Below are positions 27,556 through 36,511 of a stretch of 64,000 bases of DNA, in pieces. The notes under the pieces were generated by a model. That model searched no databases. It saw only the letters and a program-made list of their open reading frames with translations, and was not told the origin of the DNA. The DNA is from an uncultured Erysipelotrichaceae bacterium (lineage in GTDB: Bacteria > Bacillota_I > Bacilli_A > RF39 > UBA660): positions 4,665 through 68,664 of the forward strand of contig CAOJRP010000004.1 of the NCBI GenBank assembly GCA_948442015.1, in the 5' to 3' direction. The translations under genes were made by a program, and so were the position numbers. Positions within the stretch are counted from its first letter, which is position 1, and every line of letters starts with the position of its first letter.

Positions 27556-27936
27556 ATGTATGAAACTATAACAGCCAATATAATGGTTAAAAATGTTAAA
27601 GAAACAATTGAATTTTATGAAGAAAAATTAGGATTTTCTAAAGTCTTAAGTGTTCCAGAAGAGGGAGAAGTTTTGAATTTTGCAATTTTAAACAAAGATA
27701 AAATATCTATAATGTTGCAAGAACAAGAAAATTTACTAAGTGAATATAATACTTTACAAAAAGGTGAAATAATCCCAACATTTACATTATTTATCACAGT
27801 TGATGATGTTTTCAAAATGTACAATGAATTAAAAGATAAAGTAAAAATTGCTAAAGAATTTCATAAAACATTTTATGGAAGAGATGAATTTGCAATTTTT
27901 GATAATAATGGCAATATTCTTACTATTGCATGTTAA
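27556..27936 (+). CDS. VOC (glyoxalase/bleomycin-resistance) family protein
   Basis: 126 aa. ...VKNVKETIEFYEEKLGF... start and a paired beta-alpha-beta-beta-beta layout. Confidence 0.7.
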   Translation: MYETITANIMVKNVKETIEFYEEKLGFSKVLSVPEEGEVLNFAILNKDKISIMLQEQENLLSEYNTLQKGEIIPTFTLFITVDDVFKMYNELKDKVKIAKEFHKTFYGRDEFAIFDNNGNILTIAC

Positions 27937-28048
27937 AATTGATAATGAGCTAGAAATAGCTTGTTTTTAATTGCTTAAAAATACTATTTTAGTTCTTTTA
28001 TTTATGTTAAAATATAGTATAAATATATTTTTTAAGTAGGTGTTTTAT

Positions 28049-29221
28049 ATGGCTGATAATATAAAAGTAGGACAATTTATTAAAGAAGAAAGAAAAGATA
28101 TTGGACTGTCACAAGAAGAGTTAGCAAGTAAACTTTTTGTTACTAGACAATCAGTTAGTAAGTGGGAACAAGGAAAAAGTTTTCCTAGTCATGATTTAAT
28201 TCAAAAGATGTGTGAAATTTTTGATATAACATCTAACGAGTTTTTAGCAGGAGAAAGAAAAAAGAAAGAAAACGAAAAAGAAATAAATAATATCCCAATA
28301 AAAATATTAAAAGAGGGAAAAAAGAAACAAAAGAAATTAATTTTCATTTTTCTTATAACTATAATAGCTTTAATTTTTCTTTTCTTCTTTTTGTACTTCT
28401 TTAATACATATAATAAAGTAGAAGTTTATTCAATATATGGTGAAGATGAAAATTTTAAAATAAATAATTCAGATGCTTTTATTAGTAATGATAGAAGTTA
28501 TATAAACTTAGGTAATATAGAAACAGAAAAAGAAGTAGTAAAATTAGATTTATATTATTTAAAAGAAGATAATAGTAAAAGAGAAATGTTTACTAGCTCT
28601 TGTAGAAGAAAAGATAATTGTTCTCCATCTAGTTTTGCTGGTTCAATAATGCAAGTAAGAGGAGGAGATGCCGAATATTTTTCTTATAAAGATATTTCAT
28701 TAGTTATAGAAAATTTATATGTAGATTTATCTTATTATGATAATAAAGATGATAAAGAAGAAAAGACTGCTACTATAAAACTTGATTTTATTTCGTTATA
28801 TACTAATAATAATTTATTTTTCTTCTATGATAAAGAAGAAGAGGGAGAACCAATTGTTAATGAAAATGATGGTTTTAGAGATAAACTAGAAGAGAAAGTT
28901 ATAAGCGATGGATTCAAATATGAAATAGATGAAGACGAAAACGAGGTATATATAAAAAAATATAAGAATAATATTATTGTAAAGTTTTATCTTAATCCTA
29001 ATTATATAATGGTTCTAGACGAACAAAAAGAAGAGTGGTTTATGTATGATTATGAATACAAAGATTGTTATTTTGATAAATATAAGAGAAATGAAACTAT
29101 TTCGGAATCTCATTTATTTAATGATGAACTAATTTGCTTTGAAGGAGATTGTTCTAATCATCGAGAATATCATAATTATTATATGGATAAATATATTAAT
29201 CCTTTAATTGATTTTGAATAG
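28049..29221 (+). CDS. membrane-tethered XRE-family regulator (HTH + 1 TM + about 270-aa extracytoplasmic domain), paralog of 60118..61284
   Basis: LSQEELASKLFVTRQSVSKWEQG HTH, TM LIFIFLITIIALIFLFFFLYFF. Collinear with the 60118 product from MADN(I/M)K to the C-terminal KYI..LIDF. Confidence 0.75.
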   Translation: MADNIKVGQFIKEERKDIGLSQEELASKLFVTRQSVSKWEQGKSFPSHDLIQKMCEIFDITSNEFLAGERKKKENEKEINNIPIKILKEGKKKQKKLIFIFLITIIALIFLFFFLYFFNTYNKVEVYSIYGEDENFKINNSDAFISNDRSYINLGNIETEKEVVKLDLYYLKEDNSKREMFTSSCRRKDNCSPSSFAGSIMQVRGGDAEYFSYKDISLVIENLYVDLSYYDNKDDKEEKTATIKLDFISLYTNNNLFFFYDKEEEGEPIVNENDGFRDKLEEKVISDGFKYEIDEDENEVYIKKYKNNIIVKFYLNPNYIMVLDEQKEEWFMYDYEYKDCYFDKYKRNETISESHLFNDELICFEGDCSNHREYHNYYMDKYINPLIDFE

Positions 29222-29232
29222 CAACTGATGGT

Positions 29233-29249
29233 AGCAACCAACGGTTGCT
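29233..29249. repeat. GCAACC-NNN-GGTTGC palindromic hairpin (terminator), family member 1
   Basis: AGCAACCAACGGTTGCT followed by TTATTT. Confidence 0.55.
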
Positions 29250-29313
29250 TTATTTGTGAGAAAATCTTTGCTATTTTATTTTCAAGGAGGAGGTGAAAAT
29301 GTTATGAAAAAAT

Positions 29314-30009
29314 ATGATTATGACTTTTGTACTATTTATTGTTTTTATTTCAAATGTAAATGCCAAAGAAAACGTTTATTTTACAAGTTCCAATGGAGTT
29401 GAAATGACAGAACTTCAATATAATAATATTAAAACTATTCATGGTGAAGAATTCTTAAATAGCATGGACTTAGAAACATTTAATAAGTATTATGAATTTT
29501 ATAGTTCTAAAGATTTAAAAATTGAAAAAGAATCAAACGTTAATCAAATTTTGCCATTTTCAGATAATGCTAATGTTTCAACAGAATACAAAGAGTTATC
29601 GATTATTAAATCGATAATTCCCGATAAGAAAATGATTACGGTTCAACTTAATTGGAAAAAACCACCCAAAATTAGAAGTTATGATGTTTTTGGGTTTAGA
29701 ACTAATTTTAGCTTTACTAATATTTATGTAACAAACAATTTTAATGCTACTTATAATGCAAAACAAACAAATAATGGTTATGGCATTTCTATTAAACTAC
29801 CTACAGATAATGACAATATTTTTGTGCAAATTTTATTTCAAACAAAAGCAAGTGGAATAATGTATGCAAGTTATCAACATGCAGTAAAAAATATATCTTT
29901 AAATGATAGTATGAATTATACATTTTCTAGTAAGGGCTTAGGTGGAGTATTTTTGTTTAATAATAGTTCATTATTTGATAAAATGGCAGGAGTAGAAAAG
30001 AGTATTTAA
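29314..30009 (+). CDS. secreted hypothetical protein (start uncertain, see finding)
   Basis: MIMTFVLFIVFISNVNA/KE signal-like N-terminus. The strong GGAGGAGGTG RBS sits 18 nt upstream, better placed for the out-of-frame ATG at 29304. Confidence 0.5.
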   Translation: MIMTFVLFIVFISNVNAKENVYFTSSNGVEMTELQYNNIKTIHGEEFLNSMDLETFNKYYEFYSSKDLKIEKESNVNQILPFSDNANVSTEYKELSIIKSIIPDKKMITVQLNWKKPPKIRSYDVFGFRTNFSFTNIYVTNNFNATYNAKQTNNGYGISIKLPTDNDNIFVQILFQTKASGIMYASYQHAVKNISLNDSMNYTFSSKGLGGVFLFNNSSLFDKMAGVEKSI

Positions 30010-30027
30010 ACATTTTTAAAAGCAACT

Positions 30028-30048
30028 AAAGCAACCGTTGGTTGCTTT
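30028..30048. repeat. GCAACC-NNN-GGTTGC hairpin, family member 2 (opposite loop orientation)
   Basis: AAAGCAACCGTTGGTTGCTTT. The core is the exact reverse complement of member 1. A partial third copy ACCAACGGTTGCTTT lies at 30060-30074. Confidence 0.55.
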
Positions 30049-30248
30049 TTGTATATGAAACCAACGGTTGCTTTAAATATGAAATTAATAGAGTTATGAT
30101 GAAATCAAGAGAGAAGTAAATCTCTTCAATTAAATGAAAGGAGTCAAATATATGGTATAAAAAAAGATATTAAAAAATTAACATAGAAAAAATGAAAAAT
30201 AAATTAAACTTCTTATATAGAAGTTAGAAGGAAGGAAATAAAAAAATT

Positions 30249-31028
30249 ATGAAAAGAAAAATTTTAATTATGGGGGTTTTAACTTTAGGACTTCTTAGTA
30301 TCAACAAAATTAATGCTAGTGCTTTAGAAAGTGTATCTGAAAAATGTTACAGTCAATATACAGAGGAACAAATTAAATATATTTTAGAGCAAAGTGACCC
30401 AAAAGATTTAGATTTAACTTGCGCAAACGATACAATTTTTTCAAAAGAAAAAATATTGAATGATGAAAATCTGAATAAAGATGTTCCAACACCATTTTAT
30501 TTTACTAATGAATTAAATGTAACTGCTTATAAGCAAGAAAAATCTTATGGTTGTGGTTACGCTAGTGTAAAAGAGGTATTACAAAATATTAATGGAACTT
30601 CTAAATCACAATCTCAATATGAAAGTGAAATGGGAAATGCAGGAAGTAGTGCTGTTGTTTATAAAATAAGAAATATTCTTAATAACTATATTTCGGGAGC
30701 AAAATATACTTATACTTTAGGAAATACTTACTCATTAGATTCATTTAAGAGTATGGTTGTAAATAGTATTACAAATAAAAGACCTGTTATTATGCATTCA
30801 ATATCTAATTCTTTACCATTATATAAAAGATCAAGTGCTAAGGTTTATCATTATTATGTAATAGATGGTTATTCATATAATGCTTTTGGTGCTGGAGAGT
30901 ATATGTTCTATGTAGATTCTTTCAGTAGAGACTTCGGAGATGGAAATACTTTTGGTAAACATAGAGCTACTGGTAAAGAAGCATTTGACTCAGTAAATAT
31001 TAGTGGAAGATATGTAATTCATGCATAA
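30249..31028 (+). CDS. secreted papain-fold (C39-like) cysteine peptidase domain protein
   Basis: Signal peptide. Candidate nucleophile in QEKSYGCGYASV and His in VYHYYVIDGY, the spacing seen in Peptidase_C39-like proteins. Confidence 0.45.
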   Translation: MKRKILIMGVLTLGLLSINKINASALESVSEKCYSQYTEEQIKYILEQSDPKDLDLTCANDTIFSKEKILNDENLNKDVPTPFYFTNELNVTAYKQEKSYGCGYASVKEVLQNINGTSKSQSQYESEMGNAGSSAVVYKIRNILNNYISGAKYTYTLGNTYSLDSFKSMVVNSITNKRPVIMHSISNSLPLYKRSSAKVYHYYVIDGYSYNAFGAGEYMFYVDSFSRDFGDGNTFGKHRATGKEAFDSVNISGRYVIHA

Positions 31029-32211
31029 AAAAAATATAATTATATTATTAGTAGTTTGTGTACTAATAGTATCTTTGTTGTTTATAAGTTTTAATAATAA
31101 AAAAAGTGCTAATAAAAATGAGAAAACAGATAATCACGAATCATTAAATGTTAACAATAAGAAAGATAATAATGATAAAAAAGCTATTAATTATAATATT
31201 GAGGTAGATGAGTTAAAATTATCGGAATCCTTAAAGAGTAATATAAATAAAAATTATACTTATCAAATAACTCACTATAATGATAATAAATATAATGGTG
31301 TAATTAATAAACCTGTTGATGTAGGATTAGGACAAACAAAGGCTTTGTTTACTTATGATGTAAATACAAACACTTTTAAGCAAAAACAAACAAATTTTAA
31401 AGGCTCAGTTACTTCTTTTATAGAAAAAGATAATAATTATTATTATGTTGAAATAAATACAATTACAATAGATAAAAGAGAGTACTATAGTTGGAGTCTT
31501 ATAAAAAATAATAAAGAATTAAGTGATAGGAAAGTATTGTTAAAAGGGAATTGTAGTTTGTTTACATTATTTCCAGAGTTAATAGTTGATGAAGAAAATC
31601 AAGATTTATACTTTTTTTCAAGTATTGATAGAGTAGATGAATCTAATAATTTGCTCTCTCAAAATATATATATATATCATTTTAATAAAGAAAATTTTGA
31701 ATTATTAAAAGAATTGAATTATAAAGAACAAAATGAATATATAGGAAGTATCTGGAGTACTAAATTAGTAAATAAAAAAATATTTTTTGTTATGAAAACT
31801 AAAGATAAAGGTTCTAAAATTTATTTATATGATACTGAAAATAATAAAATAGAAACTCTATATGAGGATAGTAAAAATATTTTTGATTTTGAAATACTTG
31901 ATAATTATTTAATAATTACTTTATTAGATGAAAGCGAGAATACACTTATAAAAGTATATAAAGATGAAGAAAAGTTAATAGAAGAAAAACTTAATGGCAT
32001 TTCTAACATTTATAAAATATCTAATAATAAGTTATTAATAGAAAGTAGTTCAAAATATAAGATATATAATACTAAATATAATGAAATCACTGATATAGAG
32101 TTGCCTAAAGATTTAGATTTGTATAGATATTCTATTAAATCTTATAAAGAGGATACTTTAATAATTATGAAAGACTTTGACGATAAGTTGATAAAAATAG
32201 CAGAAAAATAG
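31021..32211 (+). CDS. membrane-anchored extracytoplasmic repeat protein (beta-propeller-like), related to 63371..64000
   Basis: 8-nt overlap with the peptidase gene. N-terminal TM. NNYYYVEINTITIDKREYYSWSLIKNN parallels EIYYIEVSENRNNDTFAWELKKS in the last ORF of the window. Confidence 0.55.
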   Translation: MHKKNIIILLVVCVLIVSLLFISFNNKKSANKNEKTDNHESLNVNNKKDNNDKKAINYNIEVDELKLSESLKSNINKNYTYQITHYNDNKYNGVINKPVDVGLGQTKALFTYDVNTNTFKQKQTNFKGSVTSFIEKDNNYYYVEINTITIDKREYYSWSLIKNNKELSDRKVLLKGNCSLFTLFPELIVDEENQDLYFFSSIDRVDESNNLLSQNIYIYHFNKENFELLKELNYKEQNEYIGSIWSTKLVNKKIFFVMKTKDKGSKIYLYDTENNKIETLYEDSKNIFDFEILDNYLIITLLDESENTLIKVYKDEEKLIEEKLNGISNIYKISNNKLLIESSSKYKIYNTKYNEITDIELPKDLDLYRYSIKSYKEDTLIIMKDFDDKLIKIAEK

Positions 32212-32492
32212 AGTATTGTATATTTTATTTTATTGATTATGGTTAATTAATAAAACGACTGGTTGAGAAATTAATTAGTTGTTTTTTCTATATAAAGTAC
32301 CAATGTAAATATAATATAGTTTGACAGTAAAATGTAACGTAAAATATTGTCAATAGTCAAATTAAAAAATATAAATAAAGTTAAAACTAGCCTAGAAAGT
32401 TAGCGATAGTATTCCAATTACCTTGCCACCAAAGGCAGTTGATAATTATGCTATTAATGTATTATACTAAATGAAAGAGAGGAATAATTTAG

Positions 32493-33248
32493 ATGAAAAA
32501 AAAGTATATAGTCTTTATAGCTTTAATAGTATTGGTAATAGGAGTTATTTCTATATCAGTAAATAAAAGTAAAAATGATTTAAAAAATGATAAAGAGTTA
32601 ACAAAAGATATTAGAGAATTAAAAACTTTTAAAACTTTTCATTATCTTTCTAAAGATTTAAGAGAAAAGGCTCAAGATGATTCTCTTCATGCTTCTTATA
32701 TATATGAAGATACAACTCCTCCTGTATTAAAAAATGAGGCTGATTTAATTGCTATTGTAAGTGTAATATCAGTTGATGGGACAGATATTGAATTTGAACC
32801 ATCTGTTGGTTCTACATATGGAAAGTTAGTTATAAATAATGTCTTTAAAGGAGAAAAAAATGAAGGTGATGTCATTGACTATATTAAAATAGGTAGTGTA
32901 ATGAGTTTAGAAGAATGGGAAAAAGGACAACCTGTTGCTGCTAGAGAAAAAAGAGAAGTAATGCGTAAGGAATCAAGAATAGATGCTTCAACTATTTTCT
33001 ATGCATTACATTATGAGTATGATCCTATTATTGAAGATGGTAAGACATATTTAGCATATTTAAAATATAATGAAAATGTTGATAAATTTGAAGTTATTGG
33101 GAGAGAAAACGGGCTTAGAGAATTAAATATTAACCAAAAAGATGAGGTTAGCTCTGTTTCTTATAAAGCTCAAGAATATAACATAAAAAATAACGAAACT
33201 GATAAATTTGAATCTTTAGATGAATATGTAAATAAATATCTGGCTTAA
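32493..33248 (+). CDS. membrane-anchored/secreted hypothetical protein, paralog A
   Basis: N-terminal TM. KTYLAYLKYNENVDKFEVIGRENGLRELNI and IKNNETDKFESLDEY align with the next gene. Confidence 0.55.
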   Translation: MKKKYIVFIALIVLVIGVISISVNKSKNDLKNDKELTKDIRELKTFKTFHYLSKDLREKAQDDSLHASYIYEDTTPPVLKNEADLIAIVSVISVDGTDIEFEPSVGSTYGKLVINNVFKGEKNEGDVIDYIKIGSVMSLEEWEKGQPVAAREKREVMRKESRIDASTIFYALHYEYDPIIEDGKTYLAYLKYNENVDKFEVIGRENGLRELNINQKDEVSSVSYKAQEYNIKNNETDKFESLDEYVNKYLA

Positions 33249-33329
33249 TCTTAAAATTTCTTAATAAAGAATAGAACATTAACTGGAAAAAGTAAATTTT
33301 TCAATTATAAATAGGAGAATGTGAAGTAG

Positions 33330-34073
33330 ATGAAAAAAATATTCTTAACTACTACTATTATAATAGCTATAATTGCAACTGTAGGAGGTTTTTTTGTTAA
33401 TTATAAAAACTTAAATCAAAGTGAAAAAAATTCAGTAATTAGCACAAATGAGAAAATAGAAGAAAATATATATCATACAGAGTATCAAACAAGTTATTCA
33501 TTAGATTTGAAAAATCTTGATGAAATGTATGATAATCATGAGTTTATTGCTATTATTCAAGTTGATAAATTAAATTCTGCTACAACATATAGAGAAAAAA
33601 CAGATGAATATATTAAACCTTATACATCTGGGGAAGCTAAAGTGTTGAAAGTATTAAAAGGTAATTTTGAAAGTTCTCGAATTTCATTTTTAAGATTAGG
33701 AGGAATTGTTTCGTTTGATGATTATACGAAATCTCTTTATCCCGAAGCTAGGGAGAAAATAATTGAATCTTTGGGAAGTGAATCCTATACTTATGTTGAA
33801 GAAAAATCTAAAAATGATATAGAAATTGAAAATAGTAAAACATATTTAGTTTATATGAATAGAAATGATAAATTTCATAATAAAAATGAGTATACAATTG
33901 AAGCTTTTGAATATGGCTTAAGAGAAGTTAAATTAAACACTAATACAAAAAGTTTAAATATAAATTCAAATGAAATTTTAATTAAAAATAATAAGACAAA
34001 TGAGTATGAAAGTATAGATAAAGCTATAAGTAAAGAAATTTCAAAACAATTTGTAGATGAAATAAAAGAATAA
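33330..34073 (+). CDS. membrane-anchored/secreted hypothetical protein, paralog B
   Basis: KTYLVYMNRNDKFHNKNEYTIEAFEYGLREVKL and IKNNKTNEYESIDKA. Confidence 0.55.
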   Translation: MKKIFLTTTIIIAIIATVGGFFVNYKNLNQSEKNSVISTNEKIEENIYHTEYQTSYSLDLKNLDEMYDNHEFIAIIQVDKLNSATTYREKTDEYIKPYTSGEAKVLKVLKGNFESSRISFLRLGGIVSFDDYTKSLYPEAREKIIESLGSESYTYVEEKSKNDIEIENSKTYLVYMNRNDKFHNKNEYTIEAFEYGLREVKLNTNTKSLNINSNEILIKNNKTNEYESIDKAISKEISKQFVDEIKE

Positions 34074-34210
34074 TTTTTATAAAACGATATTGAGTTAATA
34101 TGAATTTAAAGGATTAATAGCTATATCGTTTTTTATTGGCAGAAGTCATAAAAATTATTAAAGTAAAAATAAATTAAATAAGAAAATTATAAAAGGAGGT
34201 ATATTTTAAC

Positions 34211-34441
34211 ATGAAAATGAAACGTCCATTTGAATATATAAAATTAACTCAATATTTATATATGAGGAAATGTTTAGATTTTGTTTGGAATATTGATTAT
34301 GAAAACCAAGCACATGTTTATTCGTTAGCTGATGGAGTAGTATATAAAGTTAAGGAAACAACAAATTGTGGTGATAAAATTTTTATTAATTACACTAATA
34401 AAGAAAAGTTTTTAAATACATTTACCATTAATGATTGTTAG
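34211..34441 (+). CDS. hypothetical small protein
   Basis: 76-aa ORF with AAAGGAGG RBS and a strong terminator downstream. Confidence 0.45.
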   Translation: MKMKRPFEYIKLTQYLYMRKCLDFVWNIDYENQAHVYSLADGVVYKVKETTNCGDKIFINYTNKEKFLNTFTINDC

Positions 34442-34474
34442 AATTGTTGTAACAATATATAGTAAAAGAAAAGG

Positions 34475-34513
34475 AATGCTGAAAATTAATTGTTTAATTA
34501 TTAGCATTTTTTT
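34475..34513 (+). terminator. long intrinsic terminator
   Basis: AATGCTGAAAATTAAT..TTTAATTATTAGCATT (about 15 bp, one mismatch) followed by T7. Confidence 0.65.
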
Positions 34514-34544
34514 AATTTTCAAAATAAAAATTAAGTAATATGTA

Positions 34545-34583
34545 TTGACAAATAGTTATATACTGTTATATAGTGTTATATAG
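34545..34583 (+). promoter_or_regulatory. promoter (TTGACA-16-TGtTATATA) overlapped by three tandem 10-bp repeats, putative GntR operator
   Basis: TTGACA 34545-50. AGTTATATAC / TGTTATATAG / TGTTATATAG at 34554-34583, ending 14 nt before the GntR ATG. Confidence 0.45.
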
Positions 34584-34597
34584 AAAGAAGAAATTAT

Positions 34598-34975
34598 ATG
34601 AAAATGATTATTAGTAATAGTAGTCCGATTCCAATATATGAGCAGATTAAAAACTCCATTATTGAACAGATAATGAATGGAGAACTACAAAGTGATGAAG
34701 TACTTCCTTCAATTAGAGCTTTATCGCAAGATATCAAAATAAGTATAATGACAATAAAAAAAGCTTATGATGAGCTAGAAAAAGAAGGATATATTTTAGT
34801 AAGACAAGGAAAAGGTACTTTTGTAGCTCCTAAAAATGTGGAACTAGAATTAGAAAAAGCTAAACAAGATATTGAAGATTATCTTACTAAAATTGTTAAT
34901 CTATCTTTAAAATATGATATCAAAAAAGAAGAGATAATTGATACTTTAGAAATACTATATGGGAGTGATGAATAA
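34598..34975 (+). CDS. GntR family (YtrA subfamily) transcriptional regulator
   Basis: 125 aa. PIYEQIKNSIIEQIMNGEL...LPSIRALSQDIKISIMTIKKAYDELEKEGYI. The short C-terminal helical tail is typical of the YtrA type. Confidence 0.85.
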   Translation: MKMIISNSSPIPIYEQIKNSIIEQIMNGELQSDEVLPSIRALSQDIKISIMTIKKAYDELEKEGYILVRQGKGTFVAPKNVELELEKAKQDIEDYLTKIVNLSLKYDIKKEEIIDTLEILYGSDE

Positions 34976-35832
34976 TGAAAAATGCTATTGAAATAAATGC
35001 TTTAGAAAAAAAGTATGATAACTTTAAACTAGGAGAACTTAATTTAGAAATACCTAGAGGACTTATAATTGGTTTAATTGGGGAGAATGGGGCAGGTAAA
35101 ACTACTTTGATAAAATCACTTTTAAATATCATTAAACCAAGTAAGGGTAAAATTAAAATATTTAATAAAGATTTAAAAGAAATGGAATTAGATATTAAAG
35201 AAGATGTTGGTGTTGTTTTAGATAATATGTTTTTCCAAGAAATCTTAACACCTCATGATATCAATACAATTATGAAAGATATTTATAAGAATTGGGATAC
35301 TACTTTGTTTAATACATATTTGAGTGAATTTGGGATTAATTTTAATCAAACTCTAAAAACAATGTCTAAAGGAATGCGGAAAAAAGTGGAAATTGCTACT
35401 TCTCTAGCCCATAAGCCTAAGTTGTTGATTTTAGATGAACCAACAAGTGGACTTGACCCAGTTGTTAGAAATGAAGTTTTAGAGATATTTCAAAAATTTG
35501 TTAGTGATGAAGAGCATACTATCTTATTTTCCACTCATATAACAAGTGATTTAGAGCATATTGCTGATAAAATTATTTTTATTGATAAAGGTCAGATTGT
35601 TCTTAATGAGTTAAGAGATGAAATCATTGATAATTATGGGATTTTAAAATGTTCTTTAGATTCTTTTGATAAGATTGATAAAAAAGATATTATTTGTTAT
35701 AAAAAGAATAAGTATGATTATGAAATCCTTATCTATGATAAAAACAAAATGAATAAGAAATATAAAGATTTTATTGTTGATAGAATTACCTTAGAAGATT
35801 TAATGATTCTTATAATAAAGGGGGAGAAATAA
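34975..35832 (+). CDS. ABC transporter ATP-binding protein
   Basis: GENGAGKTT, LSKGMRKK, LLILDEPTSGLD. TAATG overlap (stop TAA 34973-34975 shares one base with the ATG) with the GntR gene. Confidence 0.85.
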   Translation: MKNAIEINALEKKYDNFKLGELNLEIPRGLIIGLIGENGAGKTTLIKSLLNIIKPSKGKIKIFNKDLKEMELDIKEDVGVVLDNMFFQEILTPHDINTIMKDIYKNWDTTLFNTYLSEFGINFNQTLKTMSKGMRKKVEIATSLAHKPKLLILDEPTSGLDPVVRNEVLEIFQKFVSDEEHTILFSTHITSDLEHIADKIIFIDKGQIVLNELRDEIIDNYGILKCSLDSFDKIDKKDIICYKKNKYDYEILIYDKNKMNKKYKDFIVDRITLEDLMILIIKGEK

Positions 35833-36467
35833 TGAAAGGTTTAATAAAAAAAGATTTTCTTTTAATAAAAAGTAATTTAAAATCTTTTATCGTTATCATT
35901 TTAGTATTTACGTTATTTTCTATGAAGGGAGAAGGTTTTAATGTTTCATTTATTCTACCATTCCTAGCTATAATGATGTTTATATCAACGTTTAGTTGGG
36001 ATGAATTTAATAATTTTAATGCTTATGCTATAACGTTACCAATTGGTAGAAGAAATATTGTCAAAAGCAAGTATATTTCGGCAATTATCTTCATTGCAAT
36101 TGCTACTATTATTGGTTTAATAATTACTTATCTAACGACAATTTTATCTAAAAATATCTTTGATATAGAAGTAATTTTATCAAATCTTTTTGGAACTATT
36201 TTAGGTTTATCCATAATTTTAGCTATTTGGTTACCAATAGTCTATAAATTTGGTGTTGAAAAAGGTCGTATCATGTTATTTGTAGGTGTCTTTGCAATTG
36301 TCTTTCTTTGTGCTACATTATCTAAGTTATTTGATTTTACTTCTTTAATAAATTTTCTTAATTCTTTAGATAAAGTATTGTTTATTGCTATACCATTATC
36401 AAGTATTGCAATTATGGTTATTTCTTATTTAATTTCTGTAAGAATTTATTTAAAAAAAGAATTTTAA
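35832..36467 (+). CDS. ABC-2 type membrane protein
   Basis: 6 TM, translationally coupled to the ATPase. Completes the classic YtrA-type GntR/ABC/ABC-2 trio. Confidence 0.65.
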   Translation: MKGLIKKDFLLIKSNLKSFIVIILVFTLFSMKGEGFNVSFILPFLAIMMFISTFSWDEFNNFNAYAITLPIGRRNIVKSKYISAIIFIAIATIIGLIITYLTTILSKNIFDIEVILSNLFGTILGLSIILAIWLPIVYKFGVEKGRIMLFVGVFAIVFLCATLSKLFDFTSLINFLNSLDKVLFIAIPLSSIAIMVISYLISVRIYLKKEF

Positions 36468-36511
36468 ATTATTTAATAATAAGGTATAATTTGAGTGTAA
36501 GGAGTACCTTT

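Noticed and set aside
32321-32353. TTGACA-N21-TGTCAA inverted repeat with two GTAAAAT direct repeats upstream of the 32493 gene, considered as an operator
   Set aside because: The 6-bp arms coincide with -35-like hexamers in AT-rich promoter DNA (TTGTCA-17-TATAAA follows). The evidence is too weak to call a regulatory site separately.
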